A stretch of 64,000 nucleotides of DNA from NCBI GenBank assembly GCA_025786725.1, contig JAHLTZ010000011.1, positions 248,001 to 312,000 on the forward strand, given 5' to 3'. This document shows, piece by piece, positions 29,802 through 40,718 of the stretch. This stretch comes from Syncephalis fuscata S228 (Eukaryota; Fungi; Zoopagomycota). Each line of letters begins with the position of its first letter. Position 1 is the stretch's first letter. Position numbers and translations under genes: made by a program. The notes under the pieces are model-generated. The model did not search any database and had not been told where the DNA came from. It was given only the letters and a program-made list of their open reading frames with translations.

Positions 29802-32536
29802 TGTTACTATTCCACTAAGAGTAGAATAATAAACGGATTACTAATATTATGCTTGGTCTTGAGTGACCTATAATGTTAGTAATTAGTGTTATATAAGACT
29901 TACTTAATTGTTTTTATTAATAAAGATTATCAACCTTTAATTAATAATTTCTACAGAAGTAGAATAAATGACTAGAATATTGTTAGCTCAGATAGAAAGA
30001 TCAGTTCAGTCTAGCAATCACTGCAAGACTGAAATGATCAAAAGGTTCAAAATTCAAATAAAATAAAAAAAGAATTTAAACCAAGATAAGATAATGTTTA
30101 TTAAGATTAAGAAACATAGTTGCCATTTTATAGCAAATGGTCTTGAATACTGTGAAGGAAGAACTTGAACGGCTTGTCTGTTCAATTTCTTCTTCGAGCG
30201 ATATGGGGCCAGTGTTACTTTAATAAGTAATATGGGGCCGTGGATCGCAAATGTTTATAGGCGCTGTGTTTCCTGCTACGAGTTAGAAGCAATTATAATA
30301 GTATGATCGTCGTATCTTGGCTGAAAGTACGACTATCTTTGTAAGGACCCTGACGATTACCAGAAATGGGAACAATCACGTGATGTAATTATTGCTAATT
30401 AAGTTATTTACCACATTTAGTAAATAACGCAATTTACACCATAGTTATACAGGTAAATTAGTAACATTCCCCTGCACCACACGAAAATGCGTCCTCGCAT
30501 TGTCCATAACACAAAGAATGTTTTAAGTTGGACAAAGGTAATTCTTCGTATGGTTTAGCGCTTCCTTTACCTCTGTTATCCAACATAAAGATGCCATAAT
30601 TGTAGTTGTCGAAAGCTGACAATAATGGCAAGTTATTCGAATGCAATATATAATTTATATTTATATTCTCGGCATTGCGTTTAAGCCGAACCAATTTAGT
30701 AGCATTCAATTTTATCTCATCGAACTTGTCTACATTGTTGTTTACTAGCTCGATGTAGTTGTTGCATGATATTACCCTTTGTTGTATTTTATCGACAATT
30801 GTTGAATCAACTTGCAAATCATATGACGTAGTACTTGAATTGATATTACTAGTGCCTTCATATTCAACTATATCTTTTTGTTGCTTAGTATCAATTACTT
30901 TGTCTGAGGCAGTTTGATTCGGCGGACATTTGTTGACAATATGTACTGTCGGCTGACACGCTGTTAACTTTGGTTGTACTTTGTGACGAATTTGGTAAAC
31001 AGACGTATATATCCATTCTCGCATATAAATTGATTTTGCGTAATGGCAATGATACGGCTCGTGATCAATTTGTTCACATGAATAGTCATATGGTAGGCTA
31101 CCATATTCATTAATGTGGTTTAACTCCACTCTTTGAGTGATTTTAACGATTGTATCAAAGCTGTATTGTCGAATTTGATATTCGCGTTCCATAAAATCTA
31201 AATGTCTTAACAATTTTTCCCGTATTACACCAGATAAATTTTGCTTAAATTGATCGATCAGTTCAGCGTCACTAACATTTAGATATAGCGTACAACGTTT
31301 GTGTATTTCGCTTAACCGTTTAGCAAATGTTGTAACACTATCATTCTTTACAAATGTGCAATATCGAAATTGTTCTAGCCAAAGACGTTCTATACTTGGA
31401 GTAATAAACTTTGCGTAGAATTTTCCATAGAATGAATTGGTTGAATAATGACCAAAATCATCGCTTTCTCTCCATGTTTGGATCCAATCTTCTACATCGT
31501 AAAACCACAGCGCTGCATGTCCTTCCAGATACAATGATACTTTCGCTAGTTTTTCGTACTCTAGCCATCCATTCCGTCTAGCACCTTGCTCAAATAGTTC
31601 CAGCCACAGAATTGGATCTTCGTCTTCAATTAAACTGTTGAATAACGGAATGCTACCATCAATTTTTGCGTGGTAGTCCATTGTTTTATGGGGCAGATAA
31701 TAATCATTGTACTTGTATCTTGTATCTGTGGTGTAGCCTGTTGTCCATAATGGAGTTCTTCTTACTCTTGGGTTTTCCGGGCCGTCCATAGCATAATGCT
31801 TTATTTATTTGCACAGGAGATCTTTCGGGGCCGGTGGACCTGTTTTACCAGGTCCTGGTGTGCTCGCCAAATGTTACTATTCCACTAAGAGTAGAATAAT
31901 AAACGGATTACTAATATTATGCTTGGTCTTGAGTGACCTATAATGTTAGTAATTAGTGTTATATAAGACTTACTTAATTGTTTTTATTAATAAAGATTAT
32001 CAACCTTTAATTAATAATTTCTACAGAAGTAGAATAAATGACTAGAATATTGTTAGCTCAGATAGAAAGATCAGTTCAGTCTAGCAATCACTGCAAGACT
32101 GAAATGATCAAAAGGTTCAAAATTCAAATAAAATAAAAAAAGAATTTAAACCAAGATAAGATAATGTTTATTAAGATTAAGAAACATAGTTGCCATTTTA
32201 TAGCAAATGGTCTTGAATACTGTGAAGGAAGAACTTGAACGGCTTGTCTGTTCAATTTCTTCTTCGAGCGATATGGGGCCAGTGTTACTTTAATAAGTAA
32301 TATGGGGCCGTGGATCGCAAATGTTTATAGGCGCTGTGTTTCCTGCTACGAGTTAGAAGCAATTATAATAGTATGATCGTCGTATCTTGGCTGAAAGTAC
32401 GACTATCTTTGTAAGGACCCTGACGATTACCAGAAATGGGAACAATCACGTGATGTAATTATTGCTAATTAAGTTATTTACCACATTTAGTAAATAACGC
32501 AATTTACACCATAGTTATACAGGTAAATTAGTAACA
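29802..32536 (-). mobile_element. Non-autonomous gag-only LTR retrotransposon (Ty3/gypsy-like)
   Basis: 665-bp LTRs at 29802-30466 and 31872-32536, identical by eye, with TGTTACTA...TAGTAACA ends. 4-bp TSD ATAC. Minus-strand PBS TGGCGAGCACACCAGGA next to the 5' LTR and purine tract GGTGCAGGGGAA next to the 3' LTR. Confidence 0.95.
30458..31789 (-). CDS. Retrotransposon Gag-like protein, 443 aa, with no protease, RT or integrase
   Basis: Capsid-like DPILWLELFEQGARRNGW..KVSLYLEGHAALWF..DSVTTFAKRL..LIDQFKQNL. Degenerate knuckle D-x2-C-x4-H-x4-C. The stop codon lies inside the 3' LTR. Confidence 0.85.
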   Translation of the reverse strand: MDGPENPRVRRTPLWTTGYTTDTRYKYNDYYLPHKTMDYHAKIDGSIPLFNSLIEDEDPILWLELFEQGARRNGWLEYEKLAKVSLYLEGHAALWFYDVEDWIQTWRESDDFGHYSTNSFYGKFYAKFITPSIERLWLEQFRYCTFVKNDSVTTFAKRLSEIHKRCTLYLNVSDAELIDQFKQNLSGVIREKLLRHLDFMEREYQIRQYSFDTIVKITQRVELNHINEYGSLPYDYSCEQIDHEPYHCHYAKSIYMREWIYTSVYQIRHKVQPKLTACQPTVHIVNKCPPNQTASDKVIDTKQQKDIVEYEGTSNINSSTTSYDLQVDSTIVDKIQQRVISCNNYIELVNNNVDKFDEIKLNATKLVRLKRNAENININYILHSNNLPLLSAFDNYNYGIFMLDNRGKGSAKPYEELPLSNLKHSLCYGQCEDAFSCGAGECY

Positions 32537-32540
32537 ATAC

Positions 32541-33164
32541 TATTTGATTTCTTTGGATCATTTGAGGCTGATTATTGTTGTTGGCCATCTGTAGAAAGAT
32601 TGATCGAATATTAATAAAAGTCATTAATCGCGATCCCATATCGTTTCGCAGCTGTTGTTGTTACTGCGTACAGTGTGGTTTCTTTGCGTCTGAATGGTCT
32701 CTTCTAGTTTTTAATCTTCTACTGTTGCATTTGAACAGATTTGCAATGTAAAATACTTGTCTATGATGACAAGAAGGTAGAACGGCTAGCGTTTCTAATG
32801 TTCACCATTTTCTTGAGCATTCTTGCTATCAACTTGGTAGGCGCAGTTTATTTACCGACCATTGATGAAGCAAATGGCCTCCACTATATGCAATAATGAT
32901 AGGTTGAGTGTCTTTACCAGGAAGATCTTGTGGCAACAGTTATAACCAGAATATACGCCATGTTGTTGAGATTACTTGAACAGGTGTTGATGTAAATAAG
33001 AGAAATAAAGCCTAGGGATTGAATAGTGTTTTTATTGATGTTCAAATAGGCATGTTATTTATATTGTTATATTCAGCATTATCGGATAATATAATACTGA
33101 ATAGAAAAATAAAATGGCAATAGAAAAAGAAAGTGAAATGAATAAATAAAAAATGTGGAGTCAA
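32541..33164 (-). pseudogene. Decayed TnpB/Fanzor-like C-terminal (RuvC/Zn-ribbon) fragment, copy 1
   Basis: Minus-strand translation across frameshifts: PIIIAYSGG.FASSMVGK*TAPTKLIARML...LLVIIDKYFTLQIC.KC...CETIWDRD..INIRSIFLQMANNNNQP. Homologous to 40719-41346. Confidence 0.6.
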
Positions 33165-34437
33165 GGTAAAAATGACATGACCATATAAATATTATGCGCT
33201 CAATCCAATGTTTTGTTTTATTTTAATATATAGCTATACAGCTTTTATTAATGAGCAATAAATAAAATTGATCTGTCTTTCTACTGTTGCAATAATGTAT
33301 AATATCAGCTGTTTACTTTGATAAATAATTAGATTAAGCCTTATAATAGTTGGCTTAGTTGGTGGTCGTGTAAATGTGAGTATATAAGATGTTACAATGT
33401 GATTGTAAATATTTATCCGCACAAACAACCAGAATTATAATTATAGCGACAATAATAAGCTATTTAACTACTAAACGCATTTATTTAATTTCATTTACAT
33501 CTCTCTGTTTTCTGTGTATTATCTTGGTTTAACGTTGCTGCTGTTTTAGCTGCATCAGCAACAGCTAACTTTTGATAAATGTAGTTCAGCTTGGCATAGC
33601 TATAATGATTTGCCATAGGTTAAACCAGTAAGCCTTTGAGATGCCAATTGTTTTTCCATTGGTTTCTGCTTTGGCTTGTTCTCCTATATCCTATCTTGCT
33701 TGCCTTGTCAGAAATGATTTCAGAAATGTAAGCAGCACTTAGGCCTTAGATGTTTACCAATTGATATGCAACCCATTGCTATTATGCATTTGAATTGCTG
33801 ATATTTAATTAGAATGTCTATTGTGTCTAAATAGTGTCTGCATATTGTATTGCGCGTAGTTTAGCCAATGCAATCTAGTTTACAGCTGAAACTGATAAAA
33901 TGACATGTTGGAATGGTCCATTGCTCAAAATGCTGTGATGCATCATCCTACAAATAGTACTCATTGTATAATCAATTTCAGGTAATTTGGATTAGCCGTC
34001 ATTTGAATGATGGCAGTTGCACAGCATGTGGCATAATATGCCTTGATGTGATGTACTTGTGAATTCAAAACAATGATTACCCCATAGCAATGGGCATAGT
34101 GTCGAATGAAATGCACGCATGTACCAATCAATATACTTTATAATCTAAAATTACGGCTGACCTATGTATAGCAATAAAAACTTGTATAAAATACCAGTTT
34201 GATACATTAAACTTGTTTTGCATCAGTGCTGAGTGCTATTCTGTATGCAACAGATATTGAGGACCGAATCGGTAGAAATGACAGCAAATACATCGTTATC
34301 GTTTTACAAAGCCAAACAATATACTTGTTTTTACTAAATAGTTAGACTGTGAAACAAAAAACACAGAACGGTGTACATATCTCTATTGTATATGCACTGC
34401 TCATTGGGATTGCTGCGTCATTTGTGTAAATGCTGAG

Positions 34438-34517
34438 AAGATTGAAGTAAAACCAGGCAGGTTGAAATCAAGGCCGAACAGGTTGAAATCAAGACTGGGC
34501 AGGTTGAAATCAAAGCT
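34438..34517 (+). repeat. ~21-bp tandem repeat (caggttgaaatcaa core, 3-4 copies) upstream of micro-exon gene A
   Basis: caggttgaaatcaaggccgaa / caggttgaaatcaagactggg / caggttgaaatcaaagctaag. Confidence 0.8.
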
Positions 34518-34854
34518 AAGAAGCATACTATTACATTCCCAATCTATTAATATACACATACACCTTAAATCATTTTTGGGTTTGCTTTATTGGTTCATAT
34601 TGTATATCAATGGTATACCTCGTGTGCTACAGTACACTGGCATCTCACTATAGCTGTAAGTTTAAATAGCTTACAAAATATACACAACCAACTGCAATAT
34701 CATCATTACACTCTACTTCTTGCTAAACACACACTACTCCCCATTTTATACCGACCACTCTCTACTTCTTGTTATACACGCACTACTCTCCACTCTATAC
34801 CAGCCACACTCTACTATCTCTTTTATTTGTTTGTCTTAACAAATCAATATTACC

Positions 34855-37800
34855 ATGAAGCTTTCCATTATCGTCGTTTGCACCATTATCGTGGCTATTG
34901 TGGCCGTTACAACCATAGTGGATGCTAATCCAGTCTTAGTCCGTCGTCTTGGTATGTTGCAATGACAATAAATATATAATATTATTATATTTACTAACAG
35001 CATTTTTAACTAATGACTATATTAGATTGTAAGTAATATTTTATATTCCTTTACTTTTATTTTGAAAAGCTTGTACATTTCTACTACATATAATTGAGAA
35101 TTTGCACTTTTTTTAGTTTCTGCTAAATGTATAGAGTTTTTGAAATTGAATGGGCTGCCACATTTTTGTGTGAAGCCGAGTCCTATCAATCTTACACTGG
35201 GGCCGCTATATTAATTAATGCTCTGCCAAAGCTCTATTTAATATGGCCTTGGATGTATTGCTTGCCTATGACTCTACTGGCTTCGACCTTTGTTACAGGA
35301 CTTCTTTAACAGTTGATGATACCTAATTACTAGCTATTGTTGTTTCACTTCTTCATGACTTTTCTTCTTGTCATACGCGTTTCTTTCACTTCTCAGTGTC
35401 TGCTTCGCATTTGCCCTTCTTCCTACTGATTTTAGTATGAGCTGGCTATCTGGAATCATTATACTTGTTTTTATTGACTATTATTGACTATATAAGTATT
35501 ATTTTTATTATCTTATCTTATTTTCTTTGCTTTTTAAATACTGTTATTGTCTCTGACCGGGCTTTATTGTCTGACCCCATTTACGCTGCGCTGTACCCAT
35601 TACCTTACTTTTTGGACTGTTGATTACAAACGCGCTTATATTTTTTTGCACCTTCCTCTTCAGTTTTGGTTGATTTTTTGTAACTGTTATTCTCACGTCT
35701 TCCATTGCCATATTAATCTCGTCATTGTTTCTGTTTTTTTTGTTCACTTGCCATCTCTACATCTTCCTCTTCTGCTGACATTGCTCGTTCGCCTTCTAAC
35801 AGCATCTACTCTCCCCAATCACTCGTCATCTCCATAATTCCTTTTTTTTAATTGGCGATATTATTATATATTAACTAACCATATACTAATTATATACTGT
35901 GCTGTGTGTGCCAACGAATAAATATCAATAGCTGGTAGGTTGCATTACATATCAATAAATTATACACTAATTATGTATCATGTAATACACTTATCAATAA
36001 CTTAATGTTAGAGCAATGTAAGTTGCATTGTGCATTAATTGATTGCTCACTAATAACATGCTATGCATTATTTTTATCAACAACTTAATGTTAATAGGCA
36101 GTAAGTAATGTTATATATTGATAATTTATAAACTAATTATATACCATGTATTGTGTGTATTAACAACTTAATACCATAGGGGGTAAGTTGTATTGTATAT
36201 TAGCTAACTATACATTAATCTTATACCATGCACTTTGTATATCAATTACTTAATACTAATAGATTGTAAGTTTTATTATATATTAGCTGAGGATTGGCTA
36301 ATTATATAATGTGTTGTGTGTATCAATAACTTAATAATAATAGGCAGTAAGTTGTATTGTATGTTACTGACTTATATATTAATTATATGCCATGCATTAC
36401 GTACATCGATAACTTAATACCATAGAGGGTAAGTTATTGTATATTAATTGAGCATTGGCTAATTATATATTGCGTTGTGTGTATCAATAACTTAATATCA
36501 ATAGCCGGTAAGTTGTATTGTATATAAACTAACTATTCACTGATTATATTTATGTATTGTGTGTATCAACAAATATTAATAGATTGTAGGTAGCACTATA
36601 TATTACCCGGCTATTAGCTAATTATATAATGTGTTGTGTGCATCAATAATTTAATCCTAATAGGCGGTAAGTTGTATTGTATATTAAATAACTATACATT
36701 AATTATGCTATTTACTAATTATATCGATTATTTGATATTAATAGCCCGTAAGTAGTATTGTATATTAAATGAATATACATTAACCATGCTACTTACTAAT
36801 TATACCAATTATTTAATGTTAATAGTCCGTAAGTTATATCGTATATTATTTATTTATTAAAAACGCCTGTGAGCCCCCGCTGCGCATAATTAAAGAATTT
36901 GTGTTGCTTCCCACTATATTTGGACTTTTCCAAACTTTTAATGGGTGGACTGCCACGTTTTTGCGCAAAATCCGGTTCATATAGATTTCACACGGGGCCA
37001 TCTTTTTTTAAATGGTGCTACACAGCACTATTTCCTTGAATTTGATCCCAATTGTTTTTTTCCTCGACTACTCTAGCCAAGGTTTTGTTTCTAGACCTAC
37101 TTATTGGGTTCTGGTTTGCAATTTGTTAACTAGAGAAAACTGGGGGGGGGGATTTTCCACTTAAGGATTGATTCAAACTGAGATTTAAACCCGGAGCCTT
37201 CAGCTCGGGAGACGCTATCTTAGCTACTTTGAGCTAGCAACGTCCTCTTGTATTGTATATTAATTGACTAACTATGCTACTTATTGATTGTACCAATTAT
37301 TGAATACTAATAGATTGTAAGTTGTATTGTATATTAACTAGCTATACATTAACTATAATATTTACTAATTATACTAATTATTTAATATTAATAGATCGTA
37401 AGTTACATTATATGTCAACTTAATATACATTAACTATACTATTTACTGATAATACTGATAATTTAATATTGATAGGCGGTAAGTTGTATTGTATATTAAC
37501 TAACTATATATTAACTATGCTATTTACTGATAATACCAATATTCAATATTAATAGGAAGTAAGTTACATTATATGTCAACTGAATATACATTAACTATAC
37601 TATTTACTGATAATACTAATTATTTAATATTAATAGGTGGTAAGTTGTATTGTATATTAACTAAATATATATTAACTATGTTATTTAATAACCGTATCAA
37701 TTGTTTAATATTGATAGTTGGTAAGTTGTATTGTATATTAATTGACTATATATTAACTATGCTATTTGTCGATTGTGCCAATTATTTAATATTAATAGGA

Positions 37801-38612
37801 CGTAAGTGATATTGCATATTAATTGGCTATACATTAATTATAATATTTATTGATTGTACCAACTATTTAACATAATAGAATGTAAGTTGTATTGCATACT
37901 AATTGAATATGCATTAACTGTCCTATTTACTAACTGTATCAATTATTTAATACAATAGGCAGTAAGTTGTATTGCATATTGCTGACTATGCACTAATCCC
38001 ATGCTATTTACTATGTGTATCAATAATTTAATATTAATAGGGGGTAGGTGATATTGTATATTAGCTGGTTATTCACTAATTATATACCATGGATTGCGTA
38101 TCAACAACTTAATATAGCAAATTGTAAGCTATATTTTATATTAATTAATTACTTAATAATCACATACTATTTGTTATTTATATCAACATTTTAATATTAA
38201 TAGTGTGTAAGTAGTATTATACGGCGACTGATTATGCATTAATCACATGCTATGTACGGTATGCATCAACAACTTAATATAATAGGCAGTAAGTTATGTT
38301 GCGTATCGATTGAATATACATTAACTATATACCATATATTATGTATATCAACGAATTAATATTAATAGAGCGTAAGTTGTACTGTGTATTAATTGCTTAT
38401 GCACTAATTATATACTATGTATTGTATTCATCAACAACTCAAAATTAGAGTATTGTAAGTTGTATCGTATATTAATTGATTACTCACTAATTGCATGTTA
38501 TGCACCATGTGTATCAACAACCTAATATTGATAGGCGGTAAGTAGCATTGTATATTGATGGCTTATACATTAATTATGGCATATAATATCTTTATTTGTA
38601 AATACAGTATAA
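34855..38612 (+). CDS. Micro-exon gene A: secreted Cys-rich peptide precursor, 65 aa, 31 coding exons (26 of 3 nt, 3 of 6 nt)
   Basis: Exon 1 is 34855-34951, followed by 29 TAG|exon|GTA(A/G) units and a last exon from 38608. Spliced product: MKLSIIVVCTIIVAIVAVTTIVDANPVLVRRL-DSEQCRDCKADCALHYRGSVGQCRANLCKQYCV*. Confidence 0.85.
35048..35861 (-). mobile_element. Non-LTR-like insert in intron 2 of gene A
   Basis: Flanked by an imperfect duplication tattttatatt / tattatatatt. Removing it restores a 78-nt intron unit. Purine-rich minus strand. Shares a ~200-nt 3' tail with the insert at 36849-37247. Confidence 0.65.
35862..38607 (+). repeat. Tandem array of ~81-bp intron+micro-exon units (gene A)
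   Basis: Consensus GTAAGTtgtattgtatattaattgactatacACTAATtat...tatcaacaacTTAATattaaTAG followed by NNN. Confidence 0.92.
36849..37247 (-). mobile_element. tRNA-headed SINE-like insert in an intron of gene A
   Basis: Minus strand has A-box-like TAGCTCAAAGTAG, B-box-like GGGTTTAAATCTC and a (TAAA)n tail. ~15-bp TSD ttatatcgtatatta / ttgtattgtatatta. Confidence 0.7.
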
Positions 38613-40718
38613 TCGATGGCTTCAAGACATTAGCATTGGTGGTGCAATCGAACCACTATTCCAATACACTTTAGGTATATATTTGGTGAAAATCAAGATT
38701 ATTTGACAATTACGCCGTCCAGTCTATTTATATATCAAGTTTTGGCCAATGCTCCGGTTTATCCAGTCTTTAACCAATGGAATCATTATTTTATCAACAA
38801 GATTGCAATCAGTTGTTTCTATTCAACTGTGCATGCTTATAGTAATAAACTTATGGCTTCATCTTAAATATATACAATCAAATTGCTAAATCTATAATCA
38901 TGTTCTATTTGTATCCAATAATGACAACTATTAATTAAATAGTTAAATTAACAAAAAAAATGTATAATTATATCATGTAAGCTAATAGGCATAGATTGAT
39001 ATAAATAGTAGCAAAGCTATTATTATCATATAGCCAAATAATATTATGCTGAAATTAGAATAAAGGCACTTTTTTAATAAAACAGGGCAATAAAGCATAC
39101 AATATTATAAACAAAATAAATAGACAAAACAAGTACGTGAATAGTAATAACAAAATTATACTGTATGCAGTTGACCAAGCGCAATAAACAAAATAAATCA
39201 AAATCTACTAAATAATACAGTTAGCAATAAACTTTAGCTTTTATTAATATAGTTTCTACAATCTACAATATTAATGATATAGACAAACATATAGTATGTG
39301 TATACAAGATAGATATGTACAGTACAATAATAATGATAAATAAATAGCTTAATAATCAATGACACCCAGCAGCCAGTTTCATTTTCAATAACACGGATAT
39401 TTCGTTTAAATGTGTGGCTATTATAGTTATTTAACTGTTAAATTACATTAAACAATCAATAATATGCTTAGTATTGTCAAAAAAGGTTATTTTATTTAGT
39501 TGCTAAAATATCATAAGATTTAATACAAATCAAGTGGTTTAAATGATCCGTCATAACACCCTTTTAAGCTTCTTTCGCCATGTTCCACGGCTTTTCTAAA
39601 TTATGACATTGGAGCGACTACTGCGATGTTTAAGAATGAATGTTACGAGTAGATTGTTCTAGTTTGCCAATGATAAATGCCATGTTGACGGCATTATTTT
39701 GCATATCTTCACTCTTGTTTGATACATCAGCTAATTAATTTAAGTTAATTAAAGCAATACTACTTTCGTGTAATTCAGAATTGTTTAATTGCTAAATATG
39801 ATATCTGAAACACTCTGAATAAACTATTCTAATTTTATTTGTGGTTAAATTTAAATTTGAAAATATTTACTAATTAAATCATTTTTGTTTGCATTACACT
39901 TTATTTATTTTAATAGTTGCTTCATTATTAGTTTGTATCTATTTAATAAAAACGTTTATTTCAACATTAACTACCAGTTTAATATCCTTAATATTAATTC
40001 TTGCAAAGCGTGCTCTTGTATTGTGTTTTTTAGTTATATCTGTTACAAGTATATTGTTGAAAGTCATTTGATACTAATAGTATTATTTATTAAATTGGTA
40101 TTCAAATATTTGAATAAGCTACTACTTCTATTTCTTTTCCTCCTTTAATTACTTGGTCAATGTTATATCATTTTATTACTGATATTGTAACAATACCATT
40201 CTTTTTTATTGAATCAAAAGCAGATTAAGCTTTGTAATAAGCAATAATAGCACTTGTTAAGCTATTGCAGTTGTTAGTGTATATTAAATAATCAATGTGC
40301 TTAATACTTTTACTTGTGCATCTGTTGGTTTTACATTTGAAAATATAGCAATATTATTTACAATTGCCAACAAGTCTAAACTCGTCAACGGCAATCCTCA
40401 GCTTTTTAATACTGGTAAATGTAGATTTTTTAAATAGTTCAGTGGATACTGTTGTAGATTTTCTTAATAAAAGGAGTTAATATTTTAATGTTTTATTTCT
40501 CCTTATTTAAAATCGTAATTTATTATAGTAAGCTTTTTTAAAATTTAAAGTTCAAAAAGGGGCATTATTCAAAACTCTCTATTTTACCCTGCTTCCACTT
40601 TTGAATTCTTAAAGTAAAACTTGTTCCAATTGAAGTCGCACTGCTATACATAACAATCATATAATTTTTTTATTGAAATGCTATCAATAAATTGATTTAA
40701 ATAAAAAGCGTAACATAC

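Noticed and set aside
32541-33164. Active Fanzor/omegaRNA system
   Set aside because: Both copies are truncated with stops and frameshifts. Similarity between them extends only about 40 bp past the ORF end, so no guide RNA can be supported.
37160-37247. Functional tRNA gene on the minus strand
   Set aside because: A- and B-box-like motifs are present, but I could not form an acceptor stem or cloverleaf. It lies within a TSD-flanked insert with a TAAA tail, so a SINE head fits better.
37573-37809. 78-aa repetitive ORF in the ORF track
   Set aside because: Chance read-through of intron repeat units.
35862-38607. CRISPR-like array or plain minisatellite reading of the ~81-bp repeats (also 51902-54132)
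   Set aside because: Eukaryotic context, no cas genes and no repeat/spacer alternation. The most conserved positions are splice signals and the intervening triplets join into a Cys-patterned ORF.
39540-40460. Possible decayed coding sequence on the minus strand
   Set aside because: Short open stretches only and no motif I can recognise, so no call can be supported.
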